Origin: a virus | DNA: 64,000 bases | IMG/VR virus record: IMGVR_UViG_3300020731_000774 | Coordinates: 13,734 to 77,733 of that record | Reading direction: 5' to 3' (one strand) | In this document: positions 50,130-60,760 of the stretch, piece after piece | How the letters are laid out: each line of letters begins with the position of its first letter | How positions within the stretch are numbered: position 1 is the stretch's first letter | Position numbers and translations under genes: made by a program | The notes under the pieces: generated by a model | The model's database searches: none | What the model saw: only the letters and a program-made list of their open reading frames with translations | Told to the model about the DNA's origin: nothing

Positions 50130-51260
50130 ATGAATTTAGAAATAATATACAAAAGTATATGTGATCGTGGTCAAATTAGAGTATTGGATAAATCAGTATA
50201 TACTGAGAAGCATCATATAATACCGGTTTGTATGGGTGGTGATAATAAAAAAAACAACCTAACAAAACTGACCGCTAAAGAACATTTTATCTGTCATAAA
50301 ATATTATGTAAACTATATCCAGATAATGAGAAGTTGAGATATGCTTTTTGGGCTATGTGTAATCAGAAAGTTAATAGAAATTATATTGTATCCTCAAGAG
50401 ATTATGAATTTGCTAAACTTTTGTGTCTTGAAATGTGGAAAAGGCCAAAATCTAAAAATGTGATTAATAAAATAATTGAGACAAAAAAATATAATAAAGT
50501 TTTAAGACAATTAAATGGTGAAAAAATCAATAGAGAACAAAATGGTGAATTAAATCACAATTTTAATAAAAAATGGATAACTAATATTTTAACTAATGAG
50601 TCTAAGATGATAATGGGTGATATTCCGGATGGGTGGAAATTAGGTAGAGTTAAAATTGGTAGTTTGGGTAAATCTAATTCAATTGGTAAAAAATGGTATC
50701 ATAATCCAGAAACAAATGAGGAAAGATACTTTAGTGGTGATGCTCCTATGAATTGGATAAGTGGTAGATCTAAAAATATAAAATTGGGTGGTGATAATTT
50801 ATCTGGTAAAGTTTGTTATTTTAATACATCTTTAAATAAAGAAAGATATTTTAGTAATAGTGATGTAATACCTAATGGTTGGATAAAAGGTAAATTAAAA
50901 AGTAGAGTTTGGTTTTATAATCCTGAGTTAAATGTTGAGAAGTTATTTAATTTGGACTCGGTGGAATTTGGATTTATTAGAGGTAGATTGTCCAAATTAC
51001 CATTTAGTGAAGAGATTAAAAACTCAAATGAATCTATAAGAATTTTTAAAAGTGATATAGATGATGAATCTCTTATGTGGCATAGAGACCGAGAAGATCG
51101 TATAATTGAATCTATTGGTGATACTGATTGGATGATACAATTAGATAATGAACTTCCTAAGAAGATTGGGGGTGAAGTTTTTATACCAATGGGTATTTAT
51201 CATAGATTGATTAAGGGTACTGGTGACTTAAAAATAAAATTAATAAAAAAAGACCAATAA
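50130..51260 (+). mobile_element. HNH homing endonuclease fused to a full-length copy of the cupin-like target gene
   Basis: EKHHIIP..NLTKLTAKEHFICH; KW(I/Y)xN..PxGWxxG repeats; C-terminal WHRD..FIP.G.YHR.IKG cupin-like domain. Confidence 0.8.
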
Positions 51261-51277
51261 AATTATTGGTCTTTTTT
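51245..51277. terminator. Bidirectional intrinsic terminator
   Basis: AAAAAAGACCAATAA-AA-TTATTGGTCTTTTTT. Confidence 0.8.
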
Positions 51278-51284
51278 ATTATAA

Positions 51285-51566
51285 TTAATCTAATTGATTT
51301 ACTACGTTGTCTATAATCATATTCTTCATATATTCTTTACCTTCTTCATCGCTAAATCCTTCCACTGAATCTGGATTTGAAATTACTATTGATAGCACGT
51401 TTAGAGTTTCGTGTGTTAATAAGATAAACTCTTTTGTGAAGTTTGCTTTCAACATCTCTTTATTTTCAACAAGTGTTTCTTTTTCATTCATTAAGTTGAA
51501 TACGAATTCCACTTTATCTCTTTTTGATTTGTTTTTGATTTCGTTTACTAATTCTTGATTTTCCAT
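51285..51566 (-). CDS. Hypothetical protein
   Basis: 93 aa; A-rich leader, TATATTTA upstream. Confidence 0.55.
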   Translation of the reverse strand: MENQELVNEIKNKSKRDKVEFVFNLMNEKETLVENKEMLKANFTKEFILLTHETLNVLSIVISNPDSVEGFSDEEGKEYMKNMIIDNVVNQLD

Positions 51567-51620
51567 TTTTTTATTTTAATTTTATAATGTAAATATATGA
51601 ATATTTTTGATAAAAAGTAT

Positions 51621-51782
51621 TTATTTTTTATTTTTTAGATTTATTATATTGCCAATGAATATAATTGTTATTGCTAACCATAATGGTGATAATACAATTG
51701 ACCAAGACCAATTTATGGATCCGATCAGTTTAAGGATTATTAATACAATTAATAATGGTCCTAAGAAGTTTACTCTTTTCAT
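51621..51782 (-). CDS. Small membrane protein (53 aa, not in ORF track)
   Basis: MKRVNFLGPLLIVLIILKLIGSINWSWSIVLSPLWLAITIIFIGNIINLKNKK; LKL.G.I.WSW..V.SPLW phage membrane motif; TATATTTG at 51809-51816. Confidence 0.7.
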   Translation of the reverse strand: MKRVNFLGPLLIVLIILKLIGSINWSWSIVLSPLWLAITIIFIGNIINLKNKK

Positions 51783-51851
51783 ATTTTTAAGTTTTAATGT
51801 TTATAATACAAATATAAACATATGTACTGAAATATAAGTTCAGTTTGAATT

Positions 51852-52982
51852 TTAATCAACTTTTGATTTGTAATTTTCATTATAAATTCTAATTACTTCA
51901 TCAAATTCTTTTAGAATACCATTTTTATAGTTTTCATTTTCATAATTTTTTTTCTGAATATATTCTCTGATATATGATTCATATTCTAGTTGGATTGATA
52001 TATCAATTAAACCATCTTCTGTTTCAACTGATTCAATGATCGGTTCGCCCTCATCGTTTGTTTTCACAATATCGTCTATGTATTCAACTGATGCAAAATT
52101 TCCATTTTCTAACATTGCTTCTAATTTTCTACGTAATTTTCTATTACTAACTAATAAGTTATTTGATATAGATAAATCTATGTAATCTTTTGTATTTTTT
52201 AATGTGTCTAACTCATCAATGGATTTTTCATCAACGACTTTATATTTTTTGAAAACCGGTGATACATTATTTGGATAGAATTCTTCAGTGTCATTTTCGG
52301 TATCTATAACAAATATTCCTTTTTGATCACCAGTATCATTTCTATCCATTTGGAAAATAGAACCAACGAATGTAAATGCCTTATTACTCTGAACAAGATG
52401 GATGTGACCGGATCTAACTTTTTTAAATGATTTGAAATCGTCAATATCGATTTTATCTGAGTTTCTATGTGCAACAGATGTTAAGTGCATTTTACAACCA
52501 TTTAAATCGGAATGGCAGAATAAATAATCACAGCCTTTATTCTCATTTATTTGTTTAATCTGTTCTAATCTATTCTCTATATATGGCATCATTAGTAGAT
52601 TTAAGCCATTATATTCTATTTTAGTAGTCTTGTTATACACAAATACATTTGGTATGTATCTGAATGGTCTGACACTATTTATATCACTTGCACTTTTGGA
52701 GTATAGATCATGATTTCCTATTATAATATGTAGAGGTGCTATTTTTGATATTTCTTCAACAATATCCATTCCATAATTGAGTATATTAATTGGTATAGTG
52801 TTTCTATTATCAAATAAATCTCCTAAATGTATGATGATATCTCCCTCCTTTACTTCTCTCTTTAATAATGGTATTAGGAAGTCTCTAAAGTATTCTATAT
52901 GAACTTTATGCCATTTATCTGTTGTATTTGGAAAGCCTAAACCTAGGTGAGTGTCACCTATCATGAAAATTCTTTTACTCAT
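51852..52982 (-). CDS. Recombination endonuclease subunit, T4 gp47/SbcD/Mre11-like
   Basis: GDTHLG, LGDLFDNR, GNHD, CH, SGHIH; true start 52982 follows AAAC-N17-ATATAA at 53002-53028. Confidence 0.88.
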   Translation of the reverse strand: MSKRIFMIGDTHLGLGFPNTTDKWHKVHIEYFRDFLIPLLKREVKEGDIIIHLGDLFDNRNTIPINILNYGMDIVEEISKIAPLHIIIGNHDLYSKSASDINSVRPFRYIPNVFVYNKTTKIEYNGLNLLMMPYIENRLEQIKQINENKGCDYLFCHSDLNGCKMHLTSVAHRNSDKIDIDDFKSFKKVRSGHIHLVQSNKAFTFVGSIFQMDRNDTGDQKGIFVIDTENDTEEFYPNNVSPVFKKYKVVDEKSIDELDTLKNTKDYIDLSISNNLLVSNRKLRRKLEAMLENGNFASVEYIDDIVKTNDEGEPIIESVETEDGLIDISIQLEYESYIREYIQKKNYENENYKNGILKEFDEVIRIYNENYKSKVD

Positions 52983-53172
52983 ATAAATAATTTCTTTTTG
53001 TTTATATGAATAAATAATAACATAGTTTGTTATAATTCTCAATAAAATGGAAAAAAATAGGTTTTTTATTATAATATATACATTATATAAAATTGTAAAA
53101 ACAAGAGGTAAAAATATTAAAATATATACTTTATGATTGTTTAACAATTAAATAAAAAATAATTAAAAAAAC

Positions 53173-53796
53173 ATGGCATTACCACATTATACGCAGTTGC
53201 AGGGAGTTGGATCACCAGGTGGTCCAGGTACATTACCTGATGAAGTAGTATACACTAATCTATTTGAGATTACATTTATCTTACCGGTTATTTTGACTGC
53301 TCAAAAAAGAGATCCTATTTTACTTTTAGAGAATGCAACTAAAATAGATCTAGGAAACTTAACAAGTTTTGATGTTGCTGCAAAAGAGCAAAGATTTAAG
53401 TATTCTACAAGACAATTTCAAACAACACCAACTAAAACTAGTGGTGAACTTACCATTCCTTTCCAGGTTAATGTTAACCAAAATGGGTCAATGGAGACTT
53501 GGGCTACTATGAAAGCTTGGTATGATTTGTTATTTAACTCTCAAAATGGTACTTTACATTATAAAAGTGATTTAATTGGTACTATTATTGTTAATCAACA
53601 TGATAAAAAAGGTGTTATTTTGAGACGTGTTACTTTCCAAAACTGTCAAATATCTAAATTAACAGGTTGGGCATTGGATTGGGCTACTAGTGAGATTGTA
53701 CAATCAGTTGATGCAACATTCCTATATGATTATTTCGTTGATGAGTATATTGATCAAAACTTTACAATATCACCACCACTTATTAAAGGTTATTAA
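53173..53796 (+). CDS. Tail tube protein, gp19-like
   Basis: NLFEITF..P, WYDL, GTIIVNQHDKKG..RRVTF..C, LDW..F.YDYF. Confidence 0.7.
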   Translation: MALPHYTQLQGVGSPGGPGTLPDEVVYTNLFEITFILPVILTAQKRDPILLLENATKIDLGNLTSFDVAAKEQRFKYSTRQFQTTPTKTSGELTIPFQVNVNQNGSMETWATMKAWYDLLFNSQNGTLHYKSDLIGTIIVNQHDKKGVILRRVTFQNCQISKLTGWALDWATSEIVQSVDATFLYDYFVDEYIDQNFTISPPLIKGY

Positions 53797-53800
53797 TAAT

Positions 53801-53864
53801 AAAAAACTCGCAATCTATGCGAGTTTTTTTGTATATAGAAAACCCACCAATTGGTGGGTTTTCT
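53801..53864. terminator. Two tandem terminator hairpins between convergent genes
   Basis: AAAAAACTCGCA..TGCGAGTTTTTT and AGAAAACCCACCAA/TTGGTGGGTTTTCT. Confidence 0.85.
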
Positions 53865-53866
53865 GT

Positions 53867-54112
53867 TTAAAATTTAGGCATATTATTAGTCATACTTGAA
53901 GCATTTTTCATCATTGAACTAGTATCAGGCATTGATGCCTTCTGACCTTCTTCTTCTGTTTTTCTATGCTTCTCCTCTTCCTCTATTATTTGGTTTACTA
54001 TTTTAATGTTTTCTTCTAGCATCCAGAAAGGCCATTTATCCATCGCTTCTTCTTGTGTGTTAAAATGTTTTTGTAACATTAATTTACTCCGCAATAAATG
54101 AGTCAAAGGCAT
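53867..54112 (-). CDS. Baseplate hub assembly protein, gp51-like
   Basis: LQKHF..EAMDKWPFW..I..IEEE pattern; overlaps the 3' end of the gp26-like gene. Confidence 0.6.
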   Translation of the reverse strand: MPLTHLLRSKLMLQKHFNTQEEAMDKWPFWMLEENIKIVNQIIEEEEKHRKTEEEGQKASMPDTSSMMKNASSMTNNMPKF

Positions 54113-55046
54113 CTGGAATAACGAAAATTCCTGACGCACCGTTGGGAAATTGCATATCAGTGTGGATCTCCTGACCACACGTACAAGTTTTCTTAAGTTC
54201 TTTTATACCAAATGTCATTTTACCAACAGCAGCATTTAGAAATTGAAATGAGATATCATCCATTTCTTGGAATTCTTTCAATTTCAATTTAATACCCTCA
54301 TAAGTTATATTAGATCTTCCTGCTAACATGAATGGTATTATTTTCAAGAATGAAAGATTTGGTGTATTCTTATCATTATTTTCTCTTACTATGTAATCAG
54401 TAAATGCTTTTTGTATACCGATGTTAGGTGGTGTTAACTCAAATGTTTTTCCATTAACTGCTTTGAAGTGATAGCTACCTGTATTGCGATTGTAATATTT
54501 TTGTAATTTTTCATCAATTGTGTGGAATTCAAAGTTTTCTCTTTTTAATTCTATTTGGTGCTCTTCTCCACAAGAAGGACACTTTGCATTTACACTAAGA
54601 TTATTTCCTTGTTGGAAAGTAAGTTCTCTAATTAAAAATACCAAATATAATCTATCTTGATCTTTGATATCTAAAAACGAGCCGATTTTACCATCAGCAT
54701 ATTTGATTCTGACACAAGCTTGTAGCATATCATTCATTTTTTCAACGATATCATAAAAATTATTATCATCAACCATTGAATATGCTTGTATTTCCCTAAC
54801 TTGTGCAGGTCTTACCATAAATAAAGAACCTTGTGGATAAAATTCACCACATGGTAGTTCTCTAATATCAAAATTAAAAAATTGAAGATCACTAACCTTT
54901 GTGTTTTCTGATATACTTGCACTTACATTAAATGGTATATCAGAGTTGATCTGTGTTTCTTGTGTTAAGGTTCTTTTACCTTCTTCTTGGTCTAGAAGAT
55001 GTCTTCTTAAGTAATCTTCTTCGCTCATTTCATTATTATTTGACAT
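54084..55046 (-). CDS. Baseplate hub/tail assembly chaperone, gp26-like
   Basis: LPCGEFYP, VRPA.V.E, DRLYLVFLIRELT, CPSC and CTC Zn motifs. Confidence 0.7.
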   Translation of the reverse strand: MSNNNEMSEEDYLRRHLLDQEEGKRTLTQETQINSDIPFNVSASISENTKVSDLQFFNFDIRELPCGEFYPQGSLFMVRPAQVREIQAYSMVDDNNFYDIVEKMNDMLQACVRIKYADGKIGSFLDIKDQDRLYLVFLIRELTFQQGNNLSVNAKCPSCGEEHQIELKRENFEFHTIDEKLQKYYNRNTGSYHFKAVNGKTFELTPPNIGIQKAFTDYIVRENNDKNTPNLSFLKIIPFMLAGRSNITYEGIKLKLKEFQEMDDISFQFLNAAVGKMTFGIKELKKTCTCGQEIHTDMQFPNGASGIFVIPDAFDSFIAE

Positions 55047-55096
55047 AAATAAGTTTTTGTTTTTTGATTATATATTACTTATCATGCTCTCCCTTT

Positions 55097-56800
55097 TTAT
55101 AAAATAATATTGAATTTATATATCCATTTTTTATTCCCGGCATTATATATTTTATGATAGCCTAATTCTGACATTATTTCCTCTTCTGTTTTATTTGGAT
55201 CATAACCCATTTTAATTAGTTTTTGTTTTCTCCAATTAAACCTATGTTCTCTTATACCATCAATTACATACCAATAACCAGGATTAGATGTATGTGAATA
55301 TTCAAAACCTAGTTTCTCATATAAATATCCATCCGATATAAGATTATCGGAATATGTTTCTATTTGTAATGGTTTATATTTATTAATGAAATAATTCAAT
55401 ATCTTTGATGCACCACCTACAACATTTGTGTTTAATATATTACAAAATCTAGTCAATTCATAATGTTTTTCTTTATTTCTATTTATTTCTTTTCTTTGTA
55501 GAGGTAGTCTTAGTTTAGAAAATGTCATTAATGATACAAGTATATCATTGTTAAATAGACCAATTCTTGTAGATGATTTACAATCACCTTGTAAGTGATT
55601 TTTGTATAAAAAATCTTTAGATTCATTGTATGATATTTCTTTTATAATACAATTTCTAGCATATATTTTCTTATCAGTTTTATTTAGTTTATTGATAATG
55701 AATGATTCACATATTTCTCTGTTTTTGAGCCAATCATCTTCCCATATAGTTATTAATTTTATACCATTTTCATTAGCCTTTTCATATTTATCTAAATGGT
55801 AATTATTTGGTTTGTATTTATCAGAGTGCCACCAAACACCATTAAATTCAAAGCCTAAATTTAATTTGGGTATATAAATATCTATTTCATATGGTTTTAT
55901 TATATTTTTATAGTCTGATATAATTTCACCATCATAGTTATTTTTTATGAAATTATATAGCTCAATTTGTGATATTGAGGCATTCTCTGATATTGGGAAA
56001 CAATTTGTGCATATATGTGTGTTATTGTTTATTCTACTATAAAATTGATATGGTAGTATATGAAAATCATTCTCACATTCTTTACATTTAAATATTAAAT
56101 TGGTTGTCATTCCCTTATTGAAGCCTTTAAATTCAAATTTATTGTGATCTATTTTATCTTCTATTCTTTCTTTATAGGATTGGTAAAAGAAATCTATAGT
56201 TTTTTTATGTATATCTTTATTCATCCAAGGGTGTTCTGTGCCATATCTTTCCAATGATGTATTTTTGTAAGTTTCTTTATGATTGCTAGTTTTGAAACTC
56301 TCTATCCTTCTTTTTGATATATCTTCTGAATGGCTTGGGCAAGTTACTCCATAGTTTTTTAATAAAGTTTGTTTTGATTTCTCTTGTGTATCATTTGATG
56401 ACATTGGTGAATTTCCACCATATCTAATATTATTAGTTTTGATTATTTTGTCCTTTATTTCTTTTGATTGAGATGGTGTTTTTGTGCCAAATTTTTCAAT
56501 AGATTTAATTTCTTTTCTTAAAATAATGTTTGGATCACTGCTAATACATTTTTTTGAACAATAATTTAAATATCCTATGGTTGAGTTTTTAAATTTAACA
56601 CTATTGTTACAATTGGGATTTTGGCATTTTGGTGTATCATTTAATCCATTAATAACTATATAAACTTTTTCTTTAAATGGTATATCTAATTTACAATTAT
56701 CTATAATAAAATTATATTCTTCTGTGTGATTTTTACACACATAAGATTCCTTAGCCATTTTACCTGATTTGTCTTCTGTTCTAAATATATTTAAATCCAT
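55097..56800 (-). mobile_element. Free-standing endonuclease (Hef-like PD-(D/E)xK) with YG repeats
   Basis: Zn motifs, (K/R/N)(F/Y)G repeats, EIDIYIP..FEFNG.WWHS..IWEDDW, C-terminal YARNC..YELTRFC domain. Confidence 0.7.
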
Positions 56801-56836
56801 TATTATTATATTAATTTAATTTTAATATGTTTATAT

Positions 56837-56871
56837 AAAAAAAGGCTTCTAAATAATTAGAAGCCTTTTTT
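56837..56871 (-). terminator. Terminator after tail sheath
   Basis: AAAAAAGGCTTCTAA..TTAGAAGCCTTTTTT. Confidence 0.8.
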
Positions 56872-56890
56872 ATATTTTTATATTTTTGAT

Positions 56891-59800
56891 TTATAAGAAA
56901 CCTCCTGCTGCAATAGCACCTGTTCTAAGTATAGTTACGTTATTAACTATTATTCCCATACCCTTAACTGGTTCAACATATGTGTCTAATACTCCTATCT
57001 GATTATCTATTATATCAGAAGTGTTATTTTCTTCATCCATTTTATTAAAATAGTTATAAAGACCACCTTTATTTACATATGTTTCACAGATAACATCTGC
57101 TCTCATTTTAATTTCAGCTCTTGTATCTGATGTATTGAATTTCCATTGGAAGTCTAATAACATATCGGATAATTCTCTTTCTAATTCAATTAAAACTTCT
57201 CTTACGTGGATATAAGAAAGTGCAGATTTGTATAGAGTTTGAGCTGTGTTTTCGGTTTCAATAACATTTCCTCTGTTTCTTTTGAAAACAATTGGGTTCA
57301 TTTGAGCACCATTAAGGAAATCAATATCATCTGGTGTGAAATCCATCTCTAATCCAGAAATATTAGTAATTCTACCATTGGTAACACCTGCTGCAATAGT
57401 CCAAGGAGTTATTCCACCAACATTTGAATTTTGTTTTTTCATATATGTTGTTGCAACGTGTGATGCTGGTGGCATATTAAGAGGTCTACCATTATCATCT
57501 ACTGTTAAGTAAGGTAAGAAATAACCAACTGCTGTTGTACCAGGACCATCACCAAATGAGTATAAGAATGCTGGGCTACTTTGTGGGTCAGCACCATTTG
57601 CGATATATTCTGCTTGTAATACTCCATCAGAATCAACGAATGATGGTGAAGTAGAGTTTTTGAAGTCTTTCATAGATGGCATGTTTATAAAACCAAATGC
57701 ATCTAATCTATCACCACAAATATCAACTAATTGTTGTTTAGATCTTTCAATTAGACCATTACCGAAAGCATCTACTAAATATCTGAAATCAAAAGATTCT
57801 TTATTTGTTATTGCTTTGAATAAAGGAGTTCCTTTTGCAATTAGGTTTAATATTTCGCTTTGTTTAGTTTCTGTTCCATCTGGTAGAGAAGCTTGTCTAA
57901 CTCTGAAACCTGTCATAGTAACACCTTTATAAGTGTTTGCATAGTTTTCAACTTTTTGGTATCTAGTTACTTGGTAAGAAGAACCTGAAAAAGATTTTTT
58001 AATAGATGAATCACAAGTAATTTCAATTAATGATGAATCACCACTATATTGTTTTTTTGATAGAATTCTTGTTAATTTTCTAGCAACTTCACCAATTTCT
58101 AATATTGTGCTATCATATTCAGCATCTAGGAAGTCTCCAACAACAACTTCTGTATATCTCGAACCATTAACAAGTATTTTGTTAGGAACTTCAACATAAT
58201 TAGCAGGAACAACAATATCCAATGTTTGTTTATAGTTAGAATCCGCTGATTGTACATAGAAAGTGTTGATATTATTAGTTATTGTAAATGGATTGTTGGA
58301 TTGTAATAAGCTATCCATGAAATTAACTGTCATAATACCTGTTGTATCATCGTATATTTTCAAATAACGTTTTGTAGCATCTAGTGTATTATTTACTTGT
58401 GTAATATTATTAGCAACTTCATAAGAAGTATTCTCGTTTACTTGGTAATAATAAGTATTAGATGATGTGTCACCAAATAGTGATTTAGAAACTTCACTTA
58501 ATATAGTGAACGTACCTGTATTTGAAATAGCACCTCTTATTTGTATTTGGTCACCTGTAATTAACATAGGATCTACTGAACCTTCAAATGATATATAGTC
58601 ATTTCCTGCAATTAATGAGTAAGTAACACCTGTTGCTAAGCCAGAAACATAAGATGGTGTTTCACCTGGTAAGAAAGTTATAGTATATCCACCATTTGCA
58701 ATTACTGTATTAGGAACTTTATTTTCATAGATGAAATCACCTGTGTTGATATAACCATCATAGAATTTAGTATAAAGATCAGAATATTGTGCTACAACAC
58801 CACTTGCAGTTGCTGAATTGCTAGTATCAGCTACAGTGTTTTTTGTTATTAATCCAGCTGAACCTAAGATAAGCTCGTTGTCCACTGTATAGAATGCTAA
58901 TAAACCGTTTAATACATCTGTTAATTGAGAATTATCTAAACCTGTGTTAAAATCAAATGCTTTATTTTGTGTTGTAGATGTTATTATGTTTGATATGGTC
59001 ATTCCACTTAATGAAACTTTATCCATATTAATATTTAATAACATTGTCATTTTATCTTTGTTAGGTCCATCTAATAAATCTACCAATCTATTAAAGATTT
59101 TAAATCTTCTATATTGTGCATAGTTTGATGTCACAGCTGTGTTATTAGTGTTTAAGAAAGTAACTGTGATTGATCCATTTGATCCTGATGTAATTGTATA
59201 ATCTGTACCAAAAACAAGATTTTTATAACCAGAATTATCAACATATACACTGTTAATTGTAGGTGTTGCTCCTACAAAATTTTGTTTATAAACATTTGCT
59301 GTTGCATATCCTAAAACAATATCAGTTGGTGCAACTGATGGTGGTGTTGAACTTACTAAACTATTAACAACTTTGATTGTACCTGTTGTATCAAGAACAA
59401 ATGTTGATATAAATGATTGTGTAGCTGAGCTAGAAGCATATATATTAGAGTTTACTGATACATTGAATGTAGAACCAGTTGCAATTTGTATATAATTATC
59501 ACCAACAACTGAATAAGCTATATTAGCATCAGTTGTGAATGTGAAAGACATAGTTGATGATGTATATGTGCTAGCAGATGTTGCTACTGTAACACCATTT
59601 ACTATATCCTCTGCAAAGTATGTAGTTCTATTACCATTTTCAACAACACCTGTTTGTGTAGGTGTTCCAAATGCGTGATCATTAGATGTGAAATTTGAAT
59701 ATGTTCCAATTAAAGCAGTTACGTTTCCAGGTAAGTCTAATGGTTTATTAGTGAAAGAAACTTCTTCTATGATAGTTTCGTTATAAGATAGGAAATTGAT

Positions 59801-60760
59801 ATTAGAAACATTTTCACCAGCAATTGTATTACCTATAAGGTCAATTTTACCATTGTAGAAATCAGCTTCAACTATATCATTATTAAAAGCACAGAAAATA
59901 CCTGTTTTATCAGTATCTCTATTGATAGTTGTTTCAATAAAAATGTTAGTTCCGTTAGCATCTCTAAAATAAGGGATTAAAGAAAGCCCCTCATAATAAG
60001 CTAATGTTGTTACATTTCTATCATTTGCAAAATTTCTAATTTGTTCTTTTCTAAGTCCTGTTGTGTTAAAATATGCACCCCATCTTGGGTCAATTGAAAG
60101 TTTTTGGTAATCAGACCAATCACCTGAAACAATAACAACGTCAACCATATAATCAGATGCCCAATCATTTGTGCTAACGTATGGTGGTACTTTTTCAGCA
60201 GCTCCATACCATTCTATAAGAGTTCTATCAAACCCTGAAACTTGTGTGTGGAATACAAAAACAGTAGCATATCTATCAGAAAGATTTGTTAAATTAAATG
60301 CTCTATCAGCATAACCTGTATTAGATTTAGTTAAATTGATAAAAGATTCAGTGTCTCTTTTCCAGAAACCTGTTGTATCATGAAATCTTCTATACGGACC
60401 AACTCTTTCTATGTCATTAGAAACATTAGCCGATGATGATAATGATTTATATTCTATTGTGTCTAAGGTGTCATCTGTTAACAATAAGTTTATTGCATAA
60501 ACAGGAGAGCTTTCTAACATCTTAGAAATAGTTCTGTGGAAGAAAGAACCTTTTCTTTCTAATCCTCTATCCAATTGACCGAAGATGCTTTCCAAATCGT
60601 TGGTATTAGTTAATCTAATTGGTGTATTAACTGGTCCCTTTTTAGAGACACCAATTACCAAGTTAGTTATACCATCAACTATTGGAGCAGATATAACAGA
60701 GTTATCATATTCCTCTAAAAATATCCCAGGTCTTTTGTATTTTCCTATTTGAATTCCCAT
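56891..60760 (-). CDS. Tail sheath protein, gp18-like (1289 aa)
   Basis: YKRPGIFLEEYD..KGP.NTP..FG N-terminus; PPA, AG..NG, SALS.IHVRE, MDEENNT..ID..VEPVK C-terminus. Confidence 0.9.
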   Translation of the reverse strand: MGIQIGKYKRPGIFLEEYDNSVISAPIVDGITNLVIGVSKKGPVNTPIRLTNTNDLESIFGQLDRGLERKGSFFHRTISKMLESSPVYAINLLLTDDTLDTIEYKSLSSSANVSNDIERVGPYRRFHDTTGFWKRDTESFINLTKSNTGYADRAFNLTNLSDRYATVFVFHTQVSGFDRTLIEWYGAAEKVPPYVSTNDWASDYMVDVVIVSGDWSDYQKLSIDPRWGAYFNTTGLRKEQIRNFANDRNVTTLAYYEGLSLIPYFRDANGTNIFIETTINRDTDKTGIFCAFNNDIVEADFYNGKIDLIGNTIAGENVSNINFLSYNETIIEEVSFTNKPLDLPGNVTALIGTYSNFTSNDHAFGTPTQTGVVENGNRTTYFAEDIVNGVTVATSASTYTSSTMSFTFTTDANIAYSVVGDNYIQIATGSTFNVSVNSNIYASSSATQSFISTFVLDTTGTIKVVNSLVSSTPPSVAPTDIVLGYATANVYKQNFVGATPTINSVYVDNSGYKNLVFGTDYTITSGSNGSITVTFLNTNNTAVTSNYAQYRRFKIFNRLVDLLDGPNKDKMTMLLNINMDKVSLSGMTISNIITSTTQNKAFDFNTGLDNSQLTDVLNGLLAFYTVDNELILGSAGLITKNTVADTSNSATASGVVAQYSDLYTKFYDGYINTGDFIYENKVPNTVIANGGYTITFLPGETPSYVSGLATGVTYSLIAGNDYISFEGSVDPMLITGDQIQIRGAISNTGTFTILSEVSKSLFGDTSSNTYYYQVNENTSYEVANNITQVNNTLDATKRYLKIYDDTTGIMTVNFMDSLLQSNNPFTITNNINTFYVQSADSNYKQTLDIVVPANYVEVPNKILVNGSRYTEVVVGDFLDAEYDSTILEIGEVARKLTRILSKKQYSGDSSLIEITCDSSIKKSFSGSSYQVTRYQKVENYANTYKGVTMTGFRVRQASLPDGTETKQSEILNLIAKGTPLFKAITNKESFDFRYLVDAFGNGLIERSKQQLVDICGDRLDAFGFINMPSMKDFKNSTSPSFVDSDGVLQAEYIANGADPQSSPAFLYSFGDGPGTTAVGYFLPYLTVDDNGRPLNMPPASHVATTYMKKQNSNVGGITPWTIAAGVTNGRITNISGLEMDFTPDDIDFLNGAQMNPIVFKRNRGNVIETENTAQTLYKSALSYIHVREVLIELERELSDMLLDFQWKFNTSDTRAEIKMRADVICETYVNKGGLYNYFNKMDEENNTSDIIDNQIGVLDTYVEPVKGMGIIVNNVTILRTGAIAAGGFL

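Noticed and set aside
52983-53147. N-terminal extensions in the ORF track for gp47-like (53147) and clamp (20182)
   Set aside because: They run through AT-rich promoter DNA; motifs and promoters fit starts at 52982 and 20143.
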